Positions 51,761 through 64,000 of a DNA stretch of 64,000 nt are shown piece by piece. The notes beneath the pieces are model-generated. The model was not told the origin of the DNA. It searched no databases and saw nothing but the letters and a program-made list of their open reading frames with translations. The position numbers were made by a program, and so were the translations under genes. Source of the stretch: Octopus vulgaris (taxonomy: Eukaryota); the NCBI GenBank assembly GCA_951406725.2, contig OX597827.1:40486001-40550000 (forward strand), in the 5' to 3' direction. Numbering within the stretch: the stretch's first letter is position 1; each line of letters opens with the position of its first letter.

Positions 51761-52806
51761 CACCACCGCAGCTTATCCTCTCTCTAACTGCTGCTTTTAT
51801 TTGATGTCACTAATCTTTCACACTACTCGGAACCATTTCACTTAGCATCCTTCCCTCATCCTTAATACTGTTCTCTCCACTAACATTTTACATCAAGCTT
51901 CCTCTCTGAGCCACCAAATTATCTCTCTTTCTCCCTCACCATATGTCTCTCACACCATGCAATACGCTTGACTCTTCGCCTCCGCACTCTTGTAGCCTAC
52001 TTAGTCGTATGTAATTTCTCTCCTTCTACCCCTTCTCTCTTTTTCTCAGTTATTCTTCACCTGTCTACTTACTACTCTGCTGGTTTACACTCCCCTCATG
52101 TATCCTTAGTGACACCCGCCACTTATCCATCGTACACTATATCCACCTCTCAACCCTATCTAATCTCTATTGTTGTAATTTGTTCTTCTTTACTTTCCTT
52201 ATTTATCATACCTCAATTCTTCGTTCCTTATATTTACACCCTCTCTCTTTTCCCACTCTTATTTTCTAATACACTCGTTCAACCACTAACCATTTACATT
52301 CCCAATTATCCTGTCTTCAACACACCTCAGACGGACCCATCGTCATCGCTATTTTTATCTACTCCCAGCAACACCCCGATCACCCGACGCTCTCTTCTAA
52401 AATGCGAGATGTTATATTGCTCATCTAAAACAAAAAAACTCCGTTCCGTTCTGTTCTGATTCCCTGCTCTCATACTTTAACTTCTCATCGCCTAGTATAA
52501 AGCAGTCTCGCTCGGGGTTCGTAGACTTGTAAGTTACATGGTGGCCTCGTTAGTGCTGGTAGTACACAAAAACAAAACAAAATGCATCAACTTCACGCTG
52601 TGAAGTCATTGGTGTTAAGAAGGCCAACCATCCGTAGAAACCACAGTGAAATAGATAGTAGAGCACGATGCAGTCCTTGAAGCCGTCGGATCCCGTGAAA
52701 CTGTCGAGCCCATGCCAGCAAGGAATATGTACGTTAAATGATGATTTATGTATATATATGCGTATTATACATTTGTTATACACACACACACACACACACA
52801 TATATA

Positions 52807-53975
52807 CCGTAAATCCTCGAGTATAATCCGCATCCCCCCACCAATTTAAAGGTCAAAATCCCTAGTGCGTACTATATACGAGGTTAAAAATGAAAAATAG
52901 TTTCTAAGCATTGTCCGAGTCTCTATTTGTTCTCCGGCAATGTTTATTCAGACGCATTTTGTGATGTCGGGCGCGAAAATACCTTAAGCTAAGCCTGAAA
53001 GCAATGAAGTCATAAAAGAATCATCCATAACTTGCAGTAAGCAACATTTATTAAAATAAAAGTATTCAGAACACAGAATAACATGTAACAAAAATTAAAC
53101 AGATGCCAAAGATAAAGAAGGTAAAAAGAGGGGAAAAAAGCCAGACATCCTGAGCTTGAAAAAATTTTGCTTGAATGGGTAGAGGAAAGAAGACTTGGTG
53201 GAATAGCCATTAATACAGTACATTTGAGGCTACAGGCAAAACTCATTGCTAAAAAGATAAAACTTAATGAGTGAGAATTTAAAGCATCACGTGGCTGGGC
53301 CAGTAACTTTATGTCAAGGCATAAAGTCTTTCACTAAAGGTGGAAGGGTTCGCTATCCCGACCTGATTTTGAAATGCAAATGGATCGTGTATGCATGGAA
53401 TGAACTTGATCCCCAGATTATTGTGAAAAGTTTTATCAAATGTTGTATATCGTCTGCACTGGATGTTACTCAGGATGACGTTGTATGGAAAGATGAAATA
53501 AATGAAAGTGAATCTTCTGATGCTGACTATGAATCTGACGATAAACGAAGATTTACACTACAATGATGCTGACATGTTTACGGAGGAACAAATGGAACAG
53601 TTATTTGATGCTGAAAGTGACGTTGAATTTGAAGGATTTGAATAAATGTCTTTGCTTTTGCTTTTGTAACTGATAGTGATAAATTTACTTAATATTTATT
53701 TTTCACTGACGTTAATACTGTTATTTCTTTATTTTCTGCAAACAAAATACACAAAAAAGCTACACATTTGCATTATGTTATATATACAATAATAATAAAG
53801 GACTTTACCGTATACATTTTTTACAAACCAAGGACGTTGTATAGACCTTCTTGAATCAAGTTAGAGAAGGGGTGCGTATTATACACAAGGTTTAGGTTTT
53901 CCAGAGGTACAGCCCCCTAAAAATCCCCTGCATATTATACTCAAGGGGGGGGGGACTATACTCGAGGATTTACGG
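52807..53975 (+). mobile_element. Internally deleted pogo/Tigger-like DNA transposon
   Basis: TA-CCGTAAATCCTCGAGTATA ... TATACTCGAGGATTTACGG-TA. CENP-B-type HTH (HPELEKILLEWVEERR...LQAKLIA) joined to a C-terminal WIVYAWNELDPQIIVKSFIKCCISSALD; DDE core missing. Confidence 0.9.
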
Positions 53976-54078
53976 TATATATATACATACATACATACAT
54001 ACACACACACATACATACATACATGCAAACATACATACATACATACATGCATACATACACACACAAACACACACATAC

Positions 54079-54113
<35 letters not shown>

Positions 54114-54306
54114 CACATATTTGTTTTGGAATATTGCTGCTTGAGGCACATCGAATAAAGCTATGAATAATAGCATGTAAATATTTACACGCAGTTATTT
54201 ATAGCTTTACGGGATGTACCTCGAAAAGCAATATTCCAAATGAGAATTAATTCGCGTTCCGTCGAAAGTTTATAATTTGCTATGACGTCAATTAACACAG
54301 ACAGAC

Positions 54307-54357
<51 letters not shown>

Positions 54358-54675
54358 CACACACACACACATACACAGAACATACAACACAGGTATAGAG
54401 TTACACATACGTTTTCCTGAAAGAAGCGATAATGGGTATCAACTTATCATTCAATAGATCGACAGATAGATAAACAGATAGCTGTGTGTGTAAGTGAATA
54501 TGTGTGTGTGTGTGTGTGTGTATTTTTTCTCTCCTTACTTTTTCTGTGTCCCTTTCTGTAAAAGAGCGTAGGCTCGAAACGTAAAAGACTTTTTCTATTC
54601 CTGAGCGTTATACTAATACATCTGCTTGTTTTGTACACCACCTGTCTTCGTCTTTTGTATTTTTTCGTAAACTCT

Positions 54676-54714
<39 letters not shown>

Positions 54715-54769
54715 TATATATATATGTGTGTATATATATATATATATGTTCAATGTACATATATAACTC

Positions 54770-54823
<54 letters not shown>

Positions 54824-55077
54824 ATGAAGAAGTAGATGGTATAATTATCCACTTTATACAGCACATCTAATTATCGCTCTAACAGGGCTTCAGGATAATA
54901 GAATTAAAAAAGAGAAAGCAAATTTCAAAGGTCAGTGTTCATATTCACTGAATCCATTTTAAATTGTCGGAATTCTCCTCAATATACATAGGTGCATTCA
55001 TATACACAAGATACTGTAAAAATTCACAAGAATTTATAAATATATAAATATATAAAATTTATAAATATATAAATATA

Positions 55078-55285
55078 CTCTTTTACTCTTTTAGTTGTTT
55101 CAGTCATTTGAATGTGGCCATGCTAGAGCATCGCCTTTAGTCGAGCAAATCGGCCCCAGGACTTATTCTTTGAAAGCCCAGTACTTATTCTATCGGTTCT
55201 TTTGCCGAACCGCTAGGTTACGGGGTCGTAAACACACCAGCATCGGTTGTCAAGCGACGTTAGGGGGACAAACACAGACACACAA

Positions 55286-55290
<5 letters not shown>
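55078..55290 (-). mobile_element. SINE family A, 3' half
   Basis: Reverse-complement tail and body up to the (CA)n tract. Confidence 0.85.
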
Positions 55291-55341
<51 letters not shown>

Positions 55342-55865
55342 AATTAGCACTCCGTCGGTTAGGACGACGAGGGTTCCAGTTGATCCGATCAATGGAACAG
55401 CCTGCTCGTGAAATTAACGTACGAGTGGCAGGGAACTCCACAAAAACGTGTAAAATTAACCTTCTAAGGGATATTCAGCATGACAAAAAGTGTGACATGA
55501 CTGGCCCTTTGAATTGCAGGTACTACTCATCTTTTTGCAAGCTGAATGGACTGGACCAACGTGAAATAAAGTGTTTTGCTTAAGGACACAACGCTTCGCC
55601 GGGAATTGAACTCACGACCTTGCGATCGTGAGCAGAATACTCTAACCACTAAGCCACATAAATACACACATACATACATACATAAGTAAACTCACCCATA
55701 CACATACACTCACACATATGCACACACATACACATACACATACACACATACACACACATACGTGCACACACAAATACTCACATGCATAATATTTACATTC
55801 ATATATACATACGTACATATTGTACTCACGCATAAATTATTAAGGATGTATATGCATACACATAC

Positions 55866-56143
55866 ATAAGTATGTGTGTGTATGGTATGTATGTATGTAT
55901 GTATGTATGTATGTATGTATGTATGTATGTATGTATGTATGTATATGGTATGTATGTATGTATGTATGTTTGTATGTGTGTGTGTATGGTATGTATGTAT
56001 GTATGTATGAATGTATGGTATGTATGTACGAATGTATGTATGTATGTATGTATGTTTGTTTGTATGTGTGCGTGTGTATATATGGTATGTATGTATGTAT
56101 GTATTTATGTATGTATGTTTGTATGTGTGCGTGTGTATATATG

Positions 56144-56174
<31 letters not shown>

Positions 56175-56567
56175 TGTATGTATGTATGTATGTATGTATG
56201 TATGTATGTATGTATGTATGTATGTATGCATGTATGTATGTATGTATGTATGTATGTATGTATGTATGCATGTATGTATGTATTTATGTATGTATGTATG
56301 TATGAATGTATGTATGTATGAATGTATGTATGCATGTTTGTATGTGTGTGTATGTATGTATGTATGTATGCATGTATGTATGTATGTATGTATGTATGTA
56401 TGTATGTATGTATGTATGTATGTATGTATGTATGTATGTATGAATGTAATGTATGTATGTATGTATGTGTATGTATGTATGTATGTATGTATGTATGTAT
56501 GTATGTATGTATGTATGTATGTATGTATGTATGTATGTATGTATGTATGTATGTATGTATGTATGTA
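55866..56567. repeat. ~700-bp (TATG)n microsatellite with variant units
   Basis: Directly visible. Confidence 0.98.
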
Positions 56568-57540
56568 TAACATAACAAACAGACGGAGCGATCGATAGAT
56601 AAGATACACCGCTGTTTGTGTACCTGGTCAGAAATAATCACGTCACCATGGCAAGCTCTACCGAGTTCTGAAATAAGTACATTGTGAAGGAGCAACTTAA
56701 TACAATCAGCTGCGAAGAGCACAGTGTATGAAACAGGAGACGACATATGTTTTCTTATCGTATTAGAATTATAGGATTGCTACAGCATGGGGGTAGGAAA
56801 AGTGGCTTTTCAAATTCTTCAGTCGTGCAGTAAACACCACGACGGTGAATGGAATCACGGAGTAGTTGTTTTAGGTCTTCAACTCTTCTTCTTAATGGGC
56901 GGCAGCGCTCGACCCATGGTTGTGGTCTTCTGTCTTTCTTTTTATCTGTTTCTATCCTCGGACTTTGTATGGTTTATTAGTCGAACAATCCGAACCCCGT
57001 ACTTATTTTGAAGTCTGATGTTTACTCTATCGGTTTCTTTTGCCGGGGTTGTAAACAAACCTGCATCGGTTGTCGAGTGGTAGTTGGGAAGTATATACAA
57101 ACACAAAGAAACAAACTGTTGTAGGTTGTATAGTGACCCTCATGCATCCAAGGAAAGTTTCGAACCCACGCCTTCTATTGTCTCAGCGATTCACTGGTTA
57201 TCTAAATTGAAACTATATTTGTTTATTTCTCTTTACTCGGGGACCGTCTGACCAAGTCCTTTACCTTTCTTTTTTCTTCTGGAAACGCAACGAGAGTAAG
57301 TTGTTCTCTTCTTCAATAATAAGTTACCTCAGAACGGATTTGATCCTTCGACTCGCGCACAGCTAATCTCAGTACTACAACATCTTAATTCAACAAAACA
57401 TCAAACTGTCGTATCTTCTTCTATCAGGTCTGTATTGCGATTTCTCTTCTTTTTAAAACACGCTAACATTTCCCTTTTACGTTACAAGAGAAAGACCAAT
57501 AACTTCAATTGAAGAATATATATCTATAACGCTAACTATA

Positions 57541-57773
57541 TATTTCTTTGCTGCCTACAAGGGGCTAAACATAGAGGGGACAAACAAAGACAGACAAAGG
57601 GATTAAGTCGATTACATCGACCCCAGCGCAAAACTGGTACTTTATTTATCGACCCCGAAAGGATAAAATGCAAAGTCGACCTCGGCGGAATTTGAACTCA
57701 GAATGTAACGACAGACGAAATGCCGCTAAGCATTTCACCCGGCGCGCTAACGTTTCTGCCAGCTCGCCGCCTT
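57541..57773 (-). mobile_element. SINE family B, full length
   Basis: Reverse complement of family B; imperfect TSD ATAACGCTAACTATAT / ATAACGCCAAATATAT. Confidence 0.9.
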
Positions 57774-58271
57774 AATAACGCCAAATATATCTAATTTAAA
57801 CATTGATTTTTGTTTTGATTGATGTTGTAACTGAAAATTCTGTACGAATAAATTCATTATAAAAGCTTGTACTTTTCAAACATTTTAAACAACCACATGG
57901 TGTTTTAACGACACAGATTATCGTGCCACTTCGGCCAGCAGAGGACTATTTTTGACGATATGTGGTAAACAAAACAGAATGTCTATGTGTGTACATACAT
58001 ACATACATACATACATACACATACACTAACGGAATTCTTTTTAATAGAAGTTATTTTAAATTTCTAGAACCCGAAGTTTCATGGTGACAAAACTCAACAA
58101 TTTTCAGCTACAATGAAAACCACCAATGACAATCCACCATTATAGCTGACGAGAGCGTGGTGAAAGATCGCAGATAAAATGGAGTGCTGACACTTTCAAT
58201 GCAACTTGTTTTTTACTCATAGCAATGTACGAGAAAATAATCATTGATTGTAGTGTTGAAAAGAAGTATAA

Positions 58272-58700
58272 ACGGTACTTTTTGGCTATCTTGGCCCCAT
58301 TAAAAAATTGCCATTAAAAAAATTGGGTTATCTCCCCTCTAAAAAGTTGAGTTTATGTGGTGACAAGAGATTGGATTAAAAGGGTTAAATCCTTTTGCTT
58401 CAATACTTCAACGCATTGTTGACATTTGGCCTCCTCAATAGGAATGGTATGATTTGTTATAAAAATGTTATTAGATTCCATAAGATGTTTAATTTTTTCA
58501 GTTTTCATGGTTGTTAATTTTTTCAATTTTGTATGATTTGTTATAAAAATATGATCAGATTCAATAAGATGTTTAATCTTTTCACTTTTCATGTTTATTA
58601 ATTTTTTCATTTTTTTTGTTTTATTGAGGGTTAAACACTTTTTTTAGTTGGAGGAGATAACCCAATTTTTAATGGGGGTGAGACAACCAAAAAGAACCGT
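58272..58700. mobile_element. MITE with ~60-bp TIRs and an internal 84-bp tandem duplication
   Basis: ACGGTACTTTTTGG...CCCCATTAAAAA..TTGGGTTATCTCC versus GGAGATAACCCAATTTTTAATGGGG...CCAAAAAGAACCGT; direct repeats at 58447 and 58531. Confidence 0.7.
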
Positions 58701-58815
58701 ATAAACTTATATTTTATTTAGCCTGTAGAATCAAAGCGTCCATTGAAACTATGCAAATAATAAGAATGAAATATGACTAAGGAATAAAATGGTACAAAAT
58801 AAAATAAAACAAATA

Positions 58816-58977
58816 GGCGAAGGAATGGGTGTGTGGTAAGTAGCTTGCTTACCAACCACATGGTTCCGGGTTCAGTCCCACTGCGTGGCACCTTGGGCAA
58901 GTGTCTTCTACTATAGCTTCGGGCCGACCAAAGCTTTGTGAGTGGATTTGGTAGACGGAAACTGAAAGAAGCCCGTC

Positions 58978-59066
<89 letters not shown>

Positions 59067-59303
59067 TTTGTGTGTCTGTGTTTGTCCCCCTCCAACATCG
59101 CTTGACAACCGATGGTGGTGTGTTTACGTCCTCGTTTCTGTCATGTGACTGTGGCCATGCTGGAGCACCACCTTTAGTCGAGCAAATCGACCCCAGGACC
59201 TATACTTTGTAAGCCTAGTACTTATTCTATCGGTCTCTTTTACCGAACCGCTAGGTTACGGGGACGTAAACATACCAGCATCGGTTGGTGGGACAAACAC
59301 AGA
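58816..59303. mobile_element. SINE family A with the 5' part in + and the 3' part in - orientation
   Basis: Head to GTTTACGTCC on + (to 59131), then tail-to-body reverse complement at 59135-59303. Confidence 0.85.
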
Positions 59304-60385
59304 TATGTATATGTATATATATATGAATGTATAATAAAGCAATAACACCATTGAGCTCGTCCTCTTTTTACAAACTCACTTGCACTAAAACATGTCTTGC
59401 AATAATCACTTACTCTCTACAAACTCATTTTGTACGAAAGTTCACAGATCATACAGATCCACTTGCCTCACGCGCATTTTGTACACATATAATGCAACCA
59501 TTTTGGATGCGTATATAGTATTTTCTGTCTGTCCAGTACCACCGTATGATATCTAATATTCACTCTTTTGAGTATGTTTGCATCACCATTAGCTTTTTGA
59601 AACATAGATTACCACTTGTCCAGCAAGATAGAAAGGAGTTAATGTAATGACCTTCATACAACAACGAAAAGTTAGGATCTGTCTATTTTGCGTCACTTTA
59701 TTGAGCCATCTAATAACAATGCTTCTCAGTCCTTCATCGCTATATAAACGGATGTCAACATTTTCTCTTTACTCGAAAGCAGTTAGAGAATAAGTTTCGC
59801 TTCTGTCTTTTCCTGGGCCAAATGTGCATTCTTTAAATAAAAGTCACCAGAGTTGACACCATCTTTCTAGACTCGACCAACTAGTCTAGAACACGTTGCG
59901 CATTTTAGTTGAATGAAACATCAAATTACCGTATCTCTTTTCACTAGGTTCAAGAACATTAGTTCAAGAATACTACAACGGGTTTAACTTAAACCGTGAT
60001 TATCTCTCTCTCTCTTTGTCTCTCTCTATCTCTCAGTCTGTCTCTCTCTCACACACACGCACACACACGCACGCACGCATACACACACGCACACACATAT
60101 ATAAATCTGCAACTGAAGACATATGATTTTCAAACTGAAAAATGTGTTTTGCTGGTTGCTTAAGTAGCAAAAGAATTTTTTGTACGAGTATACACTAAAA
60201 ATGGAAATATATATGAAAAAATACAAAACCATGTGTGTATAAGAAGAAAGAAGGCAAAGAAGAAGGGGGAAAATAAGTAAATGAAATAAAGATAAAACTA
60301 AATATAAAGATAACTTTATTCTTATCTTTATCTTTATTTTTATTTTCATTTAATTTTTATTTGCAACTTTATTTCATTTACTTAT

Positions 60386-60568
60386 TTCTTCTTCTCCTTC
60401 TTCTTCTTCTTCTCCTCCTCCTCCTCCTCCTCCTTCTTTTTCTTCATCATCATCTTCATCATCATCATCATCATCATCATCCTCTTCTTCTTCTTCTTCT
60501 TCTTCTTCTTCTTCTTCTTCTTCTTCTTCTTCTTCTTCTTCTTCTTCTTCTTCTTCTTCTTCTTCTAC

Positions 60569-60600
<32 letters not shown>

Positions 60601-60634
60601 CTTCTTCTTCTTCTTCTTCTTCTTCTTCTTCTTC
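60386..60634. repeat. (TCT)/(CCT)/(CAT) compound trinucleotide repeat
   Basis: Directly visible. Confidence 0.98.
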
Positions 60635-60809
60635 ACACATACTTGTTTTTTGCTGTTTAAGCAATCAGTAAAACATGCATTTTTCAGTTTGAAAACGTCT
60701 ATTTGAAACTTGAAACTCATACAAGAGACACACACTGTAAAAATTATCCTCCAAAAAGCCATCTCTACACATTTTTTCAAATATATTATACTGTGCCAAG
60801 AACTTTCTT

Positions 60810-60855
<46 letters not shown>

Positions 60856-60869
60856 ATACACATGTGTGT

Positions 60870-61273
60870 AGGCGTGGGAGTGGCTGTGTGGTAAGTAGCT
60901 TGCTTAAAAACCACATAGTTCCGGGTTCAGTCTCACTGCGTGACACCTTGGGCAAGTACCTTCTACTATAGCCTCGGGCCGACCAAAGCCTTGTGAGTGG
61001 ATTTGGTAGACGGAAGCTGAAAGAAGCCCGTCGTATATATGTATGTGCATATGTATGTGTGTGTGTGTGTATGTTTGTGTGTCTGTGTTTGTCCCCCCAA
61101 CATCGCTTGACAACCGATGCTGGTGTGTTTACGTCCCCGTCACTCAGCGGTTCGGCAAAACAGACCGATAGAATAAGTACTAGGCTTACAAAGAATAAGT
61201 CCTGGGGTTGATTTGCTCGACTAAAGGCGGTGCTCCAGCATGGCCACAGTCAAATGACTGAAACAAGTAAAAG
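60870..61273 (+). mobile_element. SINE family A, full length, CpG-intact
   Basis: A box TGGCTGTGTGG, B box GGTTCAGTC, central microsatellite, conserved tail. Confidence 0.92.
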
Positions 61274-61390
61274 TGATATGTAAGTGTATATGTATGTATG
61301 CATGTATGTATGTATGTATGTATGCATGTATGCATGTGTGTATATATGTGTGTATATACACATATATATGTTTATATATATAATATAGTG

Positions 61391-61448
<58 letters not shown>

Positions 61449-61890
61449 ATACAGGCAACGGGTGTGCATGTAGGTCGATCATTGCGCTATTCGTCCTGAA
61501 ATAACATCTCAAGTCCATAAGAATTGTTATCTTAGCACGAATATTACAGTAAATGGTGTATAAACATCAAGTATGGCACATTGATGGCTATATGCATGTG
61601 TATGTGTAAGCGTACGTAAATATATATGTATATGAATATATATATATATATATATATGAATATATATGTATATACAAACAGACAGACAGATAGATACACA
61701 CACACACATGCCAAAATTTTCGTTGCTGTTAAGAAAAAAGGTTATATATTTGGTAAAAAAAATCGGTGTCAAAAACGGAGAAAACGTATTGCGAAAGTCT
61801 GAAATCAAATGGTCTCGTGATGGAATAAAAATTCTGTCACTAATATAATAAAATGTGTGTATGTATGTATGCATGTATGTATGCATGTAT

Positions 61891-62277
61891 GTGGAGGCGC
61901 AATGGCCCAGTGGTTAGGGCAGCGGACTCGCGGTCACAGGATCGCGGTTTCGATTCCCAGACCGGGCGTTGTGAGTGTTTATTGAGCGAAAACACCTAAA
62001 GCTCCACGAGGCTCCGGCAGGGGATGGTGGTGATCCCTGCTGTACTCTTTCACCACCACTTTCTCTCACTCTTACTTCCTGTTTCTGTTGTACCTGTATT
62101 TCAAAGGGCCGGCCTTGTCACTCTCTGTGTCACGCTGAATATCCCCGAGAACTACGTTACGGGTACCAGTGTCTGTGGAGTGCTCAGCCACTTACACGTT
62201 AATTTCACGAGCAGGCTCTTCCGTTGATTCGGATCAACCGGAACCCTCGTCGTCGTAACCGACGGAGTGCTTCCAAT
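61891..62277 (+). mobile_element. SINE family C with alternative tail
   Basis: Same ~190-bp head as 39516. The tail GGGCCGGCCTTGTCAC...GACGGAGTGC is shared with 4575-4745 and partly with 55345-55480(-). Confidence 0.88.
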
Positions 62278-62581
62278 GCATGTATATACGTGTGTGTGTA
62301 CGCATATACATACACAAAAAATGCGCACACACACATGTTTCAGTAATTCGTTTTAAAATGGCACTCGTAATATGGCGAAAATGGTTATGGAGAAAACTCA
62401 GAACAATAGCCGTTCAAAAGAAAAAAAGCAAAAAACGGTAAAATACGTTCGTTTGTGTTTTTTTTTTTTTTTGCGTGAAATGTTGATCACATACGAATCC
62501 TAAGACACAGGTTTCAGCAGTGAGCTAATGCTATAACATCATCATCATCATCATCATCATCGCCTTCACCCCTCCACCACC

Positions 62582-62613
<32 letters not shown>

Positions 62614-62816
62614 GAAGCAACAGCAACTATGATAAAGATTTTTATTTAATTACAATGAATAAATTTATTAAATAAGTTCTTCACGCATGTTCTGTGTTGT
62701 TTCTCTGGTGAGGAAGATGAAATAAAAACACATATCAAATATGCGCCATATACATCCTAAGGTAGACGCTGTATATCTTATGAGAATCAAGAAATGTGGT
62801 GTGTGTATATACATAC

Positions 62817-62879
<63 letters not shown>

Positions 62880-63736
62880 AATGATAATAATATGAGGGAA
62901 TATTATTCCAAACTTACAGGGAAAAATTCAATTTAGAAATACTAAATCAAATTTCTGAAAATATAGTATATATACATATATATATACTGAATTGATAAAA
63001 GGTGGTTATATATATATTTATATATATATACACATGTGTGTGTATATACAGATATGTGTGTGTATGTGTGTCTGTGTGCATGTATGTATAAAAGGAACAT
63101 GTAAAATGGCTTGATGAAAGTTCAGGCTTGCTATACTATTTTTCTCACACGAATGATGTCACTCAAAACACATACTTGCGCGCACACAAACGCATGTCTT
63201 TTGCTTAATATAAATATAATAAATAGCGCAAAAATATCTATAGACATACTGTCAAGCATACCGTCACACATACACACGTCTTCTACCTCTGTTGGCCTGC
63301 AAGAAATAGAAGTCAAATTCCCTTGAAATCAAGCTTTTCTGTCTTTAAGGTAAAGTATTAGGAGCAAATGAATAATGTTATCTTGAATGAACTGTGCCTG
63401 AAGGCAAAAAATATAATTAGAAAAAGGGTTGATAGTCACTGCAAGAGCGTCCTGGATCATCATAAATCGGTACGATTAGCGCTGAACTGGGGTTAATGAA
63501 CAACTGCAATAACTAGACATTAAGACACAGACACACGTACGCAAAAGCACGCACACACACAATGTGTCTTTTATCTATTAAGGCCTCGTTAAGCTTCAAC
63601 AAGTGTGTACAACGACAACAGCAGTAGCAGCGACAGTAGCAGCAGTAATAGCAAAGAGATCCACAACTTGATCATCACCCCATTCTATGGAACAGGATGC
63701 TGATAGTAAGCGTATAAAAAGGACCAATCGTATTAC

Positions 63737-63772
<36 letters not shown>

Positions 63773-64000
63773 TTCAATTCGTCCTTAGTCGAAAGACACC
63801 TGTTATGTCCTGTTATTATTTTTATTGTTTTTTTATGTTGTATTTATTGTATTTATATTTGTGTAACATTGTTTTTTCGGTCCTTGTTTTTGTATACATT
63901 CGATGCTTTCTTCCAAGGAATCTAATGCTCTTAGCTTAGTTTTTCCTTGGGGCTGGCCAGATTGGAGCAATCTCGAGTATAATCAGCCGAAATTGCGAAG

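Noticed and set aside
51968-52459. 163-aa hydrophobic ORF
   Set aside because: Pyrimidine-rich low-complexity sequence with no ATG start or recognisable motif.
55710-56746. Long ORFs of YIHT/MYVC repeats (also at 33.0, 40.2, 41.2, 43.4 kb)
   Set aside because: Stop-free translations of microsatellites.
59520-59990. Old Tc1/mariner transposase remnant on minus
   Set aside because: Only faint motif similarity (LLDKW...NGD); too degraded to call.
60361-60664. Poly-Leu / poly-Glu ORFs
   Set aside because: Trinucleotide repeat with no flanking coding context.
61893-61966. tRNA gene (also at 39516 and the family A/E heads)
   Set aside because: A and B boxes are present, but the acceptor stem does not close and the sequence runs into SINE bodies.

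Overview
AT-rich, repeat-dense animal genomic DNA. It is very probably Octopus, inferred from the tRNA-headed SINE families and the (TA)/(TACA) microsatellite load. One convincing host coding segment is present: the terminal exon (19430-20608, +) of a GPR180/TMEM145-family (GOST, GOLD + 7TM) membrane protein, whose upstream exons I could not find in the window. The rest is transposon relics: several SINE families, HERO, RTE, CR1/L2 and Penelope-like retroelement fragments, mariner, pogo, piggyBac- and hAT-type DNA elements, and non-autonomous Helitrons. Most short ORFs in the supplied track are microsatellite or SINE artefacts. The most interesting signals are RNA-structural. There is an intact-core type I hammerhead ribozyme with a ~97-nt rod-like stem II (49106-49237, -), plus two degenerate relatives. 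Three other repeat families carry hammerhead-like architectures with a non-canonical 8-nt first core, and two of these sit in tail-to-tail palindromes. Also notable are a twin-priming-type inverted RTE, mariner copies sharing inactivating mutations, and an apparent CpG-depleted to CpG-retaining transition near 41-47 kb. All calls were made by eye, with no searches or folding programs run.
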